The translations under genes and the position numbers were made by a program. A stretch of DNA of 52,655 bases from Sphingomonadales bacterium 63-6 (GTDB lineage: Bacteria > Pseudomonadota > Alphaproteobacteria > Sphingomonadales > Sphingomonadaceae), in assembly GCA_001898545.1 (NCBI GenBank), contig MKUB01000160.1, forward strand, positions 1 through 52,655, written 5' to 3'. The notes below the pieces were generated by a model. The model saw only the letters and a program-made list of their open reading frames with translations. It was not told the DNA's origin and searched no databases. Shown in pieces: positions 33,922 to 43,968 of the stretch. Every line of letters begins with the position of its first letter. The stretch's first letter is position 1.

Positions 33922-35130
33922 TTAGCCTTCCAGCGAGAGGATCGAGGGTCCGCTCACTTCCTTCTTCGCCTGCGTGGCGCCTTCCGCACGGGCGATATAG
34001 CCCTTGGACTTCTCGACCTCGTTCGACAGCGTATTGACCGTCTGCTTCATGGAATCGAGCGCCTTCAGTTTGAAGGTGTCGATATTGTCCATGGTGTCAT
34101 AGATGTTCTGGAAGGCGCGCTGCAGCGTTTCGATCGGAATGGTCGAGCTGGCTGCCTGTTCGTGGATCTTGGCTGTCTGCGTGGCCAGCAGCGTGCTGGT
34201 GGAATCGATGATATTGGCGGTGGTCTCGTTCAGCGCGGTGATCTGCTGCAGCACCAGCCGCTGGTTGGTCATGGCCTCGGCCACGGTCACGGCGGTGCGC
34301 AGAGCGGCCACGGTGGTGGTGCTGGCGCGGTCCACGCCCTTCACCAGTTCCACATTGTTCTTCTTGACCAGATCGAGCGCGAGATAGCCCTGCACGGCCA
34401 CCGCCATTTGCGTGAGCAGATCCTGCGTGCGCTGGCGGACATAGAACAGGGCCGTTTCGCGAATGGCCTTGGCCTTGGCCGGATCACTGGCGTCGAGTTC
34501 CTCCGCCTTGTCTTCCAGCCGGGCGTCCAGCGTCTTGGAGATATGGATCATCTGTTCCAGATTGCCCATCGCCTCCCACAGCTTCTGGCGCTCCACATCG
34601 ATGGCGGCATTGTCCATCAGCAACTCGTCCTTGCCGGATGCCAGCTTGGACAGGATCGCCTGGATATGGCCCTGCGCGCTCTGATAGCTCTGGAAATAGT
34701 TCTTCAGGCTGTTGCCGAAAGGAATGATGCCCAGGATCTTGCGCCCGGGGCTGAGCTTGCCGCGCCGGGCGGGGTCGAGATCCTCCACCACGCGGCGCAA
34801 TTCGGTGAGATTGGCGCCGACGCCCTCATCCTTGTCCATCGCGCGGACAGGACGGTCGAGGAAACGGTTGGACATGCCTGAGGCCGCCATGATTTCCTTG
34901 CGGCCCATATTGGTGAGCTGATCCACCTTCTGGCCGAATTCGGGCGAATTGGCGTCGGCCGAAACCAGATCGGCAACGAAGGCATCCACCTTCTCGTCCA
35001 GCTTGGTGCGCTTCTCGTCCGACACCGGAACCAGCCCGGCAGCCTTCTGCGGCGCGACCACGGGCACAGGATCGGGCGGGGTGAGCTGGAAATCGGGCGC
35101 GGTCGCCGTCAGGGTTTCGTTGCTCGCCAT
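33922..35130 (-). CDS. telA: Toxic anion resistance protein (TelA/KlaA family)
   Basis: LRRVVEDLDP, DELLMDN, RTQDLLTQMAV, KNNVELVKGVDRA; coiled-coil. Confidence 0.88.
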   Translation of the reverse strand: MASNETLTATAPDFQLTPPDPVPVVAPQKAAGLVPVSDEKRTKLDEKVDAFVADLVSADANSPEFGQKVDQLTNMGRKEIMAASGMSNRFLDRPVRAMDKDEGVGANLTELRRVVEDLDPARRGKLSPGRKILGIIPFGNSLKNYFQSYQSAQGHIQAILSKLASGKDELLMDNAAIDVERQKLWEAMGNLEQMIHISKTLDARLEDKAEELDASDPAKAKAIRETALFYVRQRTQDLLTQMAVAVQGYLALDLVKKNNVELVKGVDRASTTTVAALRTAVTVAEAMTNQRLVLQQITALNETTANIIDSTSTLLATQTAKIHEQAASSTIPIETLQRAFQNIYDTMDNIDTFKLKALDSMKQTVNTLSNEVEKSKGYIARAEGATQAKKEVSGPSILSLEG

Positions 35131-35306
35131 GTGTCCTCCAAAACTCCTCGTTTCGCGGCATAGTATCACGCGATTGCCCGCGCTCCAGCATTCTTGCTGT
35201 ATTAGGATGGTAAGACACGCATTTCAAGGATCGCGGCGGCCAAGATGCCCGCGGATTGCCATTTGCACCTGAAGGGGTGAGGATGTGACAAACCCGGGAG
35301 GCACCG

Positions 35307-35702
35307 ATGCATAGCGAATTCACGATCCTCGCCCTGGCGGCCCTGCTGCTGCTGGTCCACATCATGGCCGCGATCCGCATCAAGACGCAGCAATATGGGG
35401 TGGAGTGGAACATGGGCGCGCGCGACGAAGCCCTGCCCCCGCTCAGCCCCGTCGCCGCCCGGCTGGAACGCGCGCGGGATAATTTCCTGGAAACCCTGCC
35501 CATCGCGATCATCGCCCTGATGGGCGTGGCGCTGACGGGCAAAAGCTCCACACTCACCCTTGCAGCCGGCTGGGTCTGGCTGGGTGCGCGGGCGGTTTAC
35601 CTGCCACTGTACTGGGCAGGCATTCCCAAAGTGCGGACTTATGTCTGGGGCGTGGCACTGGCCGCGCTGCTGGTGTTGCTGGGGGTTTTGCTGCTGGGCT
35701 GA
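35307..35702 (+). CDS. MAPEG-family membrane protein
   Basis: GARD, RLERARDNFLETLP, ARAVYLPLY..G. Confidence 0.85.
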   Translation: MHSEFTILALAALLLLVHIMAAIRIKTQQYGVEWNMGARDEALPPLSPVAARLERARDNFLETLPIAIIALMGVALTGKSSTLTLAAGWVWLGARAVYLPLYWAGIPKVRTYVWGVALAALLVLLGVLLLG

Positions 35703-35730
35703 CCGCGCAGCCCGAGCAACGCCACGCACA

Positions 35731-37203
35731 TCAATATGCGTTGCGGTGAACCAGGACCAGGAAGGTCTGGAAGATGATGCGCAGGTCGGTCATCAGCGAC
35801 CAGTTGGCGACATATTCCAGATCGGCGAACAGGCGCTGCTCCAGATCGCCCCGCTTGTGCGTGGCGCCGCGCAGGCCGCGCACCTGGGCAAGGCCGGTAA
35901 GGCCCGGCTTGATTGAATGCCGATACCAATAGCGCTGGTCGATATCCCAGAAGAGCATTTCTTCCGCGCGTGAGCCGATGGCATGGGGGCGCGGCCCCAC
36001 AACGCTCATCTGGCCGAGCAGCACATTGAACAGCTGCGGCAGTTCATCCAGGCTGGTACGGCGCAGAAACTGGCCAAAACGGGTGATCCGCTGATCGTCA
36101 CGCGAGGCGGAAACATGGCCGCTGTGATCCGTATGCTCCACCTTCATCGAGCGGAACTTCCACATATGGAACCGGCGATTGCCCAGCCCGATGCGATCCT
36201 GACCGAACAGGATCGGGCCGGGACTGTCGAGCTTCACCCCAATGGCGATGGCCAACAGGAGCGGAGAGCACAGCAGCAGCACCACGGCCGCAGCAGCACG
36301 ATCGAACGTGCTTTTCATAACGCGCTGGTGCCAGTGAAGCGGGCCATTGGCGAGGACGAGGCTGACTTCACCATTACGATAGCGAATATTGAGCGGCATC
36401 AGCTCGGTCAGTTCCGGCATCACGATTTCGGAGCGGATATCGACGCATTTCAGCGCGCGCGACCACGCCTCGCGCCGTTCGGACGAGCAATGAACCACAA
36501 CGCGATCCATGCCGCGAACGAGGTCGCCAAGGCGGCTGACCATGTCTGGCTGCGCCAGATTGGGAGCAAGCCCGGCGTCGGCGGCGCGAATGGCGCCGGG
36601 GCCCGGCTTGGCGCGCATCGGCACATCGTCATAGATGCACAGATCCGCATAGGGCTTCGGCCCGAGATAACGCATGGCCTGCCGCGCAATCACGCAGCGG
36701 GCCGCAATCCCCAGCACCAGGCAGATCAGCATGATCTCGACCACCTGCAGTCTGGAAACCTGCACTCCCAGCTTGGTCAGGAACAGGGCGGAGAAGATGA
36801 TCGCTGCGGCAATCACATAAGCCATACCCGCATTGCGCAGGCTAAGATCCGTGCGCATGGCCGCCGAGGGGCTGTGCGCACCGGTCTGCAACGCGGCAAG
36901 GAAATAGATCGGGAAAGTCACCGCCAGTGCGATGCCTGCCACGCCAGGATCGGGCTGGGAGCCATTGAGCAATTGCGCCAGCATGACAGCGAGAAAGGAC
37001 GCGCCCATATCGGAAGCGATGAGCGACAGAGCCACCAGACGACGCTTGACCCGGTAGCGGCGGAGCTTTTCCAGCCGGCTGTCGATTTCCCCGAGAAGCA
37101 GGGCCGGACCATTATCGTGCAGAGCGTGAACAACGGAAACAGAATGACGGGACCCCAGACTGAGGTCAGCTTCGCAAGCGGCAGTATCAAATCCGTCCAT
37201 CAT
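35731..37203 (-). CDS. Exopolysaccharide priming glycosyltransferase (WcaJ/WbaP-like)
   Basis: 4 N-terminal TMs plus 1; [34 protein letters not shown]. Confidence 0.92.
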   Translation of the reverse strand: MMDGFDTAACEADLSLGSRHSVSVVHALHDNGPALLLGEIDSRLEKLRRYRVKRRLVALSLIASDMGASFLAVMLAQLLNGSQPDPGVAGIALAVTFPIYFLAALQTGAHSPSAAMRTDLSLRNAGMAYVIAAAIIFSALFLTKLGVQVSRLQVVEIMLICLVLGIAARCVIARQAMRYLGPKPYADLCIYDDVPMRAKPGPGAIRAADAGLAPNLAQPDMVSRLGDLVRGMDRVVVHCSSERREAWSRALKCVDIRSEIVMPELTELMPLNIRYRNGEVSLVLANGPLHWHQRVMKSTFDRAAAAVVLLLCSPLLLAIAIGVKLDSPGPILFGQDRIGLGNRRFHMWKFRSMKVEHTDHSGHVSASRDDQRITRFGQFLRRTSLDELPQLFNVLLGQMSVVGPRPHAIGSRAEEMLFWDIDQRYWYRHSIKPGLTGLAQVRGLRGATHKRGDLEQRLFADLEYVANWSLMTDLRIIFQTFLVLVHRNAY

Positions 37204-37215
37204 TCGAAGACTCTT

Positions 37216-37230
37216 CGCTGCATTGCATCA
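37216..37230. promoter_or_regulatory. PhaR/AniA-like box just upstream of the glycosyltransferase start
   Basis: Minus strand TGCAATGCAGCG, 11/12 to recalled TGCRNYGCASMA. Confidence 0.4.
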
Positions 37231-37516
37231 TGCATAGCGCCTGATGCTCTCGCTATCATTCAATACGGTTACACAAGAAGGCAAATTAGGTGTTTACCCT
37301 TTTTTCCGCGACCAGCGGAATTGACCCGGATATACACCCCAAACCCCCCATTTCCGTCAGCTATCTGATATTCCAAGATCAATTTCAACCGACGACTTGA
37401 TCATTCATAATTTGCGTCAAAATCGTTAAGGTTCTCAAACCAGGGCGGGAAAAAAGCGAAAGTGGCGATTCCCAAGGGTCGATCACACCCGTTACAGTAA
37501 GCATATCACATTATGA

Positions 37517-37528
37517 TGCGTTGCAGCA
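37517..37528. promoter_or_regulatory. PhaR/AniA-like box TGCGTTGCAGCA
   Basis: Full match to recalled consensus TGCRNYGCASMA in an AT-rich intergenic region. Confidence 0.45.
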
Positions 37529-37661
37529 TTTTATTTCGCTGACGCAGCAAATTTTGTCCACAGGTTTATGCACGGCCTGCCTCCTGCCTTCTCTGCCGCC
37601 CAAGCCGCTTCGCCGGGTGCCGGATATGGCTTGCCCGACGAGAAGACGGGAGAGAGCAACC

Positions 37662-38552
37662 ATGGGGCCTATCAAACTGGGCAAGATCACGGTCCACAAG
37701 GTTCATGAGATGGACAGCCCCGTACCGCTGCTGAGTCAGCTTCCCGGGACCACCAGCGAGGATCTGCGACGCCTGATGCGCTGGTATGACCAGCCCGACG
37801 AGATCACGCCCGATCCCGAAACCGCGCTGATGACCTTTTCCGTCCATAGCTGGGTGATAGAGGTGGATGGGCTGACCATTCTGGTCGACACCTGCTGCGG
37901 CAATCACAAGAACCGCGCTTTGCCCGAAGTCCACCAGCTCGATACGCGCTATCTGGAAAACCTGCATGCGGCAGGCTTCGCGCCGGGCGACATCGATCTG
38001 GTGATGTGTACTCACCTCCATTTCGACCATGTCGGCTGGAATACACGGCTGGAAAACGGCAAATGGGTGCCGACCTTCCCCAATGCCCGCTATCTCTTCA
38101 GCCGCCGGGATTTCGAGTATTTCCGCGACAATCCGGAAGGGGAAGGCCTGCATAACGAGGCATTCCTCGATTCAATCGTGCCGGTGATGGAAGCGGGCAG
38201 GGGCGAGATCGTGGACGCGGACATCGCGGTCCACCGCGAGATCGGCAATGGCGTCTGGCTGGAGCCGGCCTATGGCCATTCGCCCGGATGCTGCACCGTC
38301 AACGCGCAGGATGGAGGCGCGCCCGGCATTTTCTGGGGGGACGTGATCCACCACCCAATCCAGCTCATCCGGCACGATCTGCCCTTCGCCTTCGACACGG
38401 ATGCCCCTGCCGCAAGCTGCACGCGCAAGGCGGTGATGGAACGCGTGGCGGATACGGATACGATCTGTTTTCCCGCCCATTTCCGCCGTTCCTCCGCCGG
38501 TCAGGTGAAGCGCGACGGGGATGTGTTCCGCTATGAATTCCTGAGCGATTGA
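37662..38552 (+). CDS. Metallo-beta-lactamase-fold hydrolase
   Basis: THLHFDHVG, PTFPNARY, GHSPG, GDVIHH, AHF. Confidence 0.9.
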   Translation: MGPIKLGKITVHKVHEMDSPVPLLSQLPGTTSEDLRRLMRWYDQPDEITPDPETALMTFSVHSWVIEVDGLTILVDTCCGNHKNRALPEVHQLDTRYLENLHAAGFAPGDIDLVMCTHLHFDHVGWNTRLENGKWVPTFPNARYLFSRRDFEYFRDNPEGEGLHNEAFLDSIVPVMEAGRGEIVDADIAVHREIGNGVWLEPAYGHSPGCCTVNAQDGGAPGIFWGDVIHHPIQLIRHDLPFAFDTDAPAASCTRKAVMERVADTDTICFPAHFRRSSAGQVKRDGDVFRYEFLSD

Positions 38553-38618
38553 CGACCTTCCACGGGGTTTGAGCAAGCAGGACTTGCCCCGGCCCCGCAG
38601 TTGGTGAATCACCACCCA

Positions 38619-39173
38619 ATGTCGATTCTCAGCGACCGGTGGATCCGGAAAGAAGCCCGCCATAGCGGCATGATCGAGCCCTTTGTGGAGCGCCAGCAGA
38701 ACGATGGCTGCATCAGCTATGGCCTGTCATCCTATGGCTATGACGCGCGCGTGTCGGACGAGTTCAAGATCTTCACCAATGTCCACAGCGCAGTGGTCGA
38801 CCCCAAGAATTTCGATTCCAACAGCTTCGTCGATGTGAAGACCGATGTCTGCGTGATCCCGCCCAACAGCTTCGTACTGGCGCGCACGGTGGAATATTTC
38901 CGCATCCCGCGCGACGTGCTGGTGATCTGCCTGGGCAAGAGCACTTATGCCCGCTGCGGCATCATCGTGAACGTCACTCCGCTGGAACCGGAATGGGAAG
39001 GCCATGTGACGCTGGAATTTTCCAACACCACGCCGCTGCCCGCCAAGATCTACGCCAATGAAGGCGCCTGCCAGTTCCTGTTCCTGCAGGGCAACGAGGC
39101 CTGCGAGCAGAGCTATGCCGACCGCTCAGGCAAATATATGGGCCAGCGCGGGGTTACTCTGCCCAGGCTTTGA
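38619..39173 (+). CDS. dcd: dCTP deaminase
   Basis: [33 protein letters not shown]. Confidence 0.96.
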   Translation: MSILSDRWIRKEARHSGMIEPFVERQQNDGCISYGLSSYGYDARVSDEFKIFTNVHSAVVDPKNFDSNSFVDVKTDVCVIPPNSFVLARTVEYFRIPRDVLVICLGKSTYARCGIIVNVTPLEPEWEGHVTLEFSNTTPLPAKIYANEGACQFLFLQGNEACEQSYADRSGKYMGQRGVTLPRL

Positions 39174-39199
39174 GGCAAGTTCCGGGCTGATGCCTTACC

Positions 39200-39290
39200 C
39201 GTCATGCTGAACTCGTTTCAGCATCCATTGCTCCCCGCAAGCCGCAGCCCGAATTGGAAACATGGATCCTGAAACAAGTTCAGGATGACG
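39200..39290. repeat. REP-like element, family B, 91 bp
   Basis: CGTCATGCTGAACTCGTTTCAGCATCC...GGATCCTGAAACAAGTTCAGGATGACG between convergent genes. Confidence 0.85.
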
Positions 39291-39324
39291 ATGAGTGGCA
39301 GATCCTCCCGGTATTACAGGCGCG

Positions 39325-41511
39325 TCAGAAACTCGCCTTCATGCTCAGGCGGAAGTTCCGGCCGGTCAGCGGGATGAAGTCCTTGGTGAAGCTGGCATGG
39401 CGGCGGCCTTCGACATCGAAGATATTATCCGCCTGCAACATCAGCGTGAGATTGTCCGACCCGGTCAGCGGGTGCCAGGCGAGCGACAGGTTGGTGAAGG
39501 CGAAGCTGTCTGTCGGGGTTTCGAGCGGGGCCAGCCGGTCCTGCTTGTCATACCATTCCACTTCGGCGCGCGCATCGAAAGCACCCACCTGCGCTTCCAG
39601 CGCGCCCTTCAGGCTGAGCGGGGGAATGCGCGGCACGGGCGAGCCGTCGGCCAGAGTGGCGCGCACATAGTCGCCGCGCAGATCGGCCAGAAGCTTGAAC
39701 CCGTCCGTCTGATAGAGCGGCGCGCTGATCTCGCCTTCCAGGCCGAAATGCTTGGCATCCTGCTGGAGGAATTCATAGACAGGCAGCCCGTCTTCCTCAG
39801 TGCCCGCCTCGGACAGGAAGATGAAGCCGTCGAACCAGTTCTGATAGACGCTGAAGCTCAGCGTGGCCCCGCCGACATTGCCGCGCACATAGCCTTCGAG
39901 GCCCCATGCCCCTTCCTTGGTCAGATCGACATTGCCCACTTCATATTGCTGGGTGGCCACGTGCGGCCCGTCTGCGAAGAGTTCCTGCACTGAGGGGGCG
40001 CGTTCGGCACGCGATCCATTGATGCCGATGCGCAAGCCGGGCGTGATATTGTAAGACAGGCCAAGCGCGCCCGAGAAAGTATCGAAGCCGCGCGTCTCGT
40101 TGAGCGATGCCACATCGATATCGGTCCGTTCATACCGGCCGCCCGCTTCCAGTTCGAAAGGAGCAAGGTCGAATTCCTGCACGGTGAACAGCGCAAAGCT
40201 GTCGGTCTTGCTGGGCGGAACGAAGGCTTCTTCGCCGATAGCCTCGAAATCCTGGTGCGAATATTGCGCCCCGAGCGAGCCGCCCCAGCCGCCGCGCTGC
40301 GACTGGACCAGTTCAAGCCGCCCCTCGATGCCGGTCACATCGAAACGCGTGCCCGTCTCCGTGCCTTCGAATTCCGTGTGGGTATAATCCGACCAGCCCC
40401 AGCGCGTCTGGAGCTTGTCAAAGAAGCCATCCCCCAGATCGAGCACGCCGCGCAGATCGACGCGATATTGCTTCATGCCGATAGTGACGGGGGCTTCCTC
40501 CTCCGCTTCGGTATCCAGCGGATCGGGAATGCCGGGCTTTTCGGGCGCGCCGTAATTGGTGTCGAAATAGCCGAAAGAAACGCCCAGATTGCTGTCGCCG
40601 GAAAAGAACGCGATGCCGGTGCCAAGGCTGGTGGTTTCCGTCTGGCTGTTAGGCACCTTGCCCCGGAGATTGGCCGTGGCGCGCACCTCGTCCGCCTCTT
40701 CGGCGAAGCCGTCTTCCTCAAGCTGGTCCGCCCCGGCGAGCAGTTCGGAACGCAGCGTCTTGGAGGCGACATAGCCGGGCACCTGAACATCGCCGGACTT
40801 GCGCCACGATCCATCGACATGGAACGCCACATTGCTGGCCAGCGGCACATCCACCGAACTGCCGATTTCGCGCCGGTCCGCCGCCGTGTCCACTGCGGCC
40901 ATGGCATCGACATGCACTGCCTCATCCGGCACGCGCGGGGGAATGCGCTTGCCGATGACATTCACCGCGCCGCCAATCGCCTGGCTGCCATAGAGCAGCA
41001 CGGCAGGCCCGCGCAGCACCTCGATCCGGTCGGTCAGCAGGGGATCGATGGTCACGGCATGGTCGGCCGAAGTGCTGGCCGCGTCGATCGATCCGATACC
41101 GTCAGTCAGCACGCGCACGCGCTCTCCGGTCAGGCCGCGCAGCACCGGGCGCGAAACGCCGGGCGCGAAGCTGGTGGAGGAAACGCCCGGCACCTTGGCC
41201 AGCACATCCCCCAGCGTGCCCGCGCCCAGATTACGCTGCAATTCGGTGCCGCTCATCACCGATGTGCCCGCCAGGATGTCCAGCCGGGCAAGGCCCGGCG
41301 CGGTGACGAGGATTTCGCCGTGATAATCGTCGCCCGCGCGGCTGGTCGAGGCAGGCTGGGCCGGTTTGGCGGGGGCGGCATCGGCTGCGCCATCGGCCTT
41401 GTCCTGAGCGGCGGCCTGCACGGCAGGCTGGCCCAGATCGGCTGCAAAGGACGGCTGATAGGGGATGAACAGCGCGGCGGCCGCCAGAAGCGATGCGGAG
41501 CGGGTTTTCAT
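39325..41511 (-). CDS. TonB-dependent receptor, ZnuD-like
   Basis: SRPVLRG, ADHAVTIDP, IEVLRGP, GPHVAT, RRHASF, C-terminal F; alternative TTG start 41523. Confidence 0.85.
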   Translation of the reverse strand: MKTRSASLLAAAALFIPYQPSFAADLGQPAVQAAAQDKADGAADAAPAKPAQPASTSRAGDDYHGEILVTAPGLARLDILAGTSVMSGTELQRNLGAGTLGDVLAKVPGVSSTSFAPGVSRPVLRGLTGERVRVLTDGIGSIDAASTSADHAVTIDPLLTDRIEVLRGPAVLLYGSQAIGGAVNVIGKRIPPRVPDEAVHVDAMAAVDTAADRREIGSSVDVPLASNVAFHVDGSWRKSGDVQVPGYVASKTLRSELLAGADQLEEDGFAEEADEVRATANLRGKVPNSQTETTSLGTGIAFFSGDSNLGVSFGYFDTNYGAPEKPGIPDPLDTEAEEEAPVTIGMKQYRVDLRGVLDLGDGFFDKLQTRWGWSDYTHTEFEGTETGTRFDVTGIEGRLELVQSQRGGWGGSLGAQYSHQDFEAIGEEAFVPPSKTDSFALFTVQEFDLAPFELEAGGRYERTDIDVASLNETRGFDTFSGALGLSYNITPGLRIGINGSRAERAPSVQELFADGPHVATQQYEVGNVDLTKEGAWGLEGYVRGNVGGATLSFSVYQNWFDGFIFLSEAGTEEDGLPVYEFLQQDAKHFGLEGEISAPLYQTDGFKLLADLRGDYVRATLADGSPVPRIPPLSLKGALEAQVGAFDARAEVEWYDKQDRLAPLETPTDSFAFTNLSLAWHPLTGSDNLTLMLQADNIFDVEGRRHASFTKDFIPLTGRNFRLSMKASF

Positions 41512-41539
41512 AGAGAGGGACAATCCTGCAAGCTGATCT

Positions 41540-41557
41540 TGAATGTTATAACGTCTC
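41540..41557. promoter_or_regulatory. Zur box TGAATGTTATAACGTCTC
   Basis: Palindromic core GTTATAAC matches the alphaproteobacterial Zur motif; sits upstream of the ZnuD-like receptor. Confidence 0.7.
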
Positions 41558-41649
41558 TTCGCACTTGCAGAAAAAATGCAATCGGTTTGTTTCGCCCCAT
41601 TGCACTTTGTGGGCAGGCCGTGCCTCAGCGGCGACGAACCGTTAGATCT

Positions 41650-42453
41650 TCACTCCTCGGCCTGTGCCGCCGCCAGCGCAGCATCGAGATCGTCCGGCAG
41701 TTCGTAATACCCGCCGGAAAGCGCATCGTAGCGGCCGGATACGAGATCGAGCACGCGCTGGGCACAGCGTGCCAGATCGCCCTGCGCCGCCGGATCGCCT
41801 GAGGCAGCGCGTAGCCGTTCCACCATCCCGCCCAGATATTTCTGCGCCTCGGGGCTCTCCATCGTGTCCCGCGCCAATTGAGTGAAGACGAAGCCGGGAT
41901 CGATTGCGAATATGGCCACGCCCGTGCCCGCCAGTTCCGCCGCTGCTTCCGCCACAAGGCGGTTCTGCGCGATCTTGCCGGTGCAATAGGCCGACAGATT
42001 GGGCGCGACCATACGGCTGGCGATGGCCGAGACGCAGACCACCCTGCCCCGCCCGCGCGCGATCATGCCGGGCAGCGCTGCATGCAGGAACAGCATCGGG
42101 GCACGGATATGGATGGCCTGGGCGCGCCACCATTCCTCCGGGTCCACTTCCCAGATCGGGCCGAAGGGGCCGGGAATACCCGCATTGTTGACCAGCACAT
42201 CAATGGGGCCGAGCCCTTCTTCGGCGGCTTTCACGGCCCCCTCTATCGATGCGCGATCGGTCACATCGCATTCCACGCACAAGGCCTCCCCGCCATGCGC
42301 GCGAATCGCGGCCGCGACCTCTTCCAATTCCCGGCCGGAGCGGGAAAGCAGGGCCACCCGGGCACCCTCGCCCGCAAGTCGTTCCGCAATCGCGCGCCCG
42401 AAACCGCGCCCTGCTCCACTGACCAGCGCGACCTGGCCTTCCAGTACTGCCAT
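41650..42453 (-). CDS. SDR-family oxidoreductase
   Basis: SGAGRGFG, NNAG, YCTGK. Confidence 0.9.
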   Translation of the reverse strand: MAVLEGQVALVSGAGRGFGRAIAERLAGEGARVALLSRSGRELEEVAAAIRAHGGEALCVECDVTDRASIEGAVKAAEEGLGPIDVLVNNAGIPGPFGPIWEVDPEEWWRAQAIHIRAPMLFLHAALPGMIARGRGRVVCVSAIASRMVAPNLSAYCTGKIAQNRLVAEAAAELAGTGVAIFAIDPGFVFTQLARDTMESPEAQKYLGGMVERLRAASGDPAAQGDLARCAQRVLDLVSGRYDALSGGYYELPDDLDAALAAAQAEE

Positions 42454-42639
42454 CCTTTTTCTCCATGAAATCCGGCTTCTATTTGAGCAGCGCCAATGCT
42501 GGGGCTCCTCGTCTCCGTTATCCGCCTAATAACCGGCCAGGGCGCTGTCGGGAAGCGCGGGACAAGACGCAAACCGACAATCGCAGACCGGCAAATACTG
42601 GTATGATTTCTTTCTCCGCGGGATTGAGGACTCGGAACA

Positions 42640-43908
42640 ATGAACTCGCATCGCCTGATCGCGCTGGCCCTGCTGGGCACAGCCACCGCCATTGCCATTC
42701 CCACTTTCGCCCAGCGCGCGCCCGATAGCGGACCCATCGCCCGCTATGACATGCGCGCCGGCACCACTTCCGGCTTCGGCATGGGTGCGGGCATGGGCGG
42801 CATGATGTCCATGATGATGGGTGGACGCGGCGGATCGCAGGTTCAGCACGAATTGCTGCTGCGCCTCGGCTCTTCCAGTACCGCCCCCAATGGCAAGCCC
42901 AAGGCGGACCACTTCATGCCGGATGCAGCGAAGCTGGGCAAATCGGTCGCGCTGGTCACCCCGCGTGAGGAACGCGGCCCGGTGGACGAGATTCCCAATC
43001 AGGAACCCAGCGGCCGCATGCTGATCTTCTGGGGCTGCGGCGAACATGCGCCCAAGGGGCAACCGGTGATCATCGACTTTTCCAAGCTTGCGAAGGGCCA
43101 GGTGCCGCCGGGCGTGTGGACCAATTCCATCCCGGCCGATTGGGGCCCCAACCTGCAGAACAGCAAGACCTTCGGCCGCTGGCCCGCGGAAGACGGCAAA
43201 TATGTGAAGAGCGACAGTTCGCTGCTGGGCGCGCATCGGGTGGCGGGCAATTATTCGCCTGACATCGCCTTCACTTTGACCAAGGATTTCATGAAGCCGC
43301 TCTCGGTCAAGACGGCGGGCCAGGCCAGCGGCGCCTCCCTGCTCAGCTGGGGCGGTGTGCCCGATGCCACCGGCTATTTCGCCTCGCTCTTCGGATCGAA
43401 GCAGGGGCCCGGCGGCAAGATGGGCGATATCGTGATGTGGTCCAGCAGTTCCAACCGCCAGTTCGGCGGCGGATTGTCGGACTGGCTCTCCCCCGGCCAG
43501 GTCGCCCCGCTGGTGAAGGACAAGACGGTGATGACCCCGCAGACCACCACCTGCCTCGTCCCCGCCGAAGTGATTGCCGCCGCACCGGATTTCCGCATGG
43601 GCACGCTCACTGCCTTCGGCCCGGAAGAAGATTTCGCCTATCCTCCGCGTCCCGCCGACGCCAAGGCCCGCTGGGATTTGCAATGGACCGCCCGCATCCG
43701 CCATCGCTCCACCACCAGCTGGATGGAAGCCCAGGGCATGAACATGGGCATGATGAGCGCGGCCAGCGAAGATGAAGGGGATGAGGGCGAAGCGCCCCGC
43801 ACTGCTTCGCAGAGCAAGAAGGACTGCAAGCCCAAGAAAAGCGGCGGCCTGTTCGGTGGCCTCGCTGGCGCCGTGATGGGCGGCGCGGGCGGCAGCAACG
43901 GCTGCTGA
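42640..43908 (+). CDS. Exported hypothetical protein with Met/Gly-rich segments
   Basis: Signal peptide; FWGCG; GMGGMMSMMMGG; codon usage typical of the real strand. Confidence 0.8.
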   Translation: MNSHRLIALALLGTATAIAIPTFAQRAPDSGPIARYDMRAGTTSGFGMGAGMGGMMSMMMGGRGGSQVQHELLLRLGSSSTAPNGKPKADHFMPDAAKLGKSVALVTPREERGPVDEIPNQEPSGRMLIFWGCGEHAPKGQPVIIDFSKLAKGQVPPGVWTNSIPADWGPNLQNSKTFGRWPAEDGKYVKSDSSLLGAHRVAGNYSPDIAFTLTKDFMKPLSVKTAGQASGASLLSWGGVPDATGYFASLFGSKQGPGGKMGDIVMWSSSSNRQFGGGLSDWLSPGQVAPLVKDKTVMTPQTTTCLVPAEVIAAAPDFRMGTLTAFGPEEDFAYPPRPADAKARWDLQWTARIRHRSTTSWMEAQGMNMGMMSAASEDEGDEGEAPRTASQSKKDCKPKKSGGLFGGLAGAVMGGAGGSNGC

Positions 43909-43968
43909 TCCGGGCAGATCGGGATGACGCCGGCCCCGCTGGTTCAACCAGGGGATTGCTGGCCGGCG

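Noticed and set aside
29394-37203. Genomic island integrated at tRNA-Lys (manC, manA, glycosyltransferase downstream)
   Set aside because: No integrase or duplicated tRNA 3-prime end seen; most genes have host-like composition
37204-37661. Possible replication origin (AT-rich, DnaA-like boxes)
   Set aside because: Only two degenerate boxes and none of the usual origin-flanking genes (hemE, dnaA, parAB) nearby
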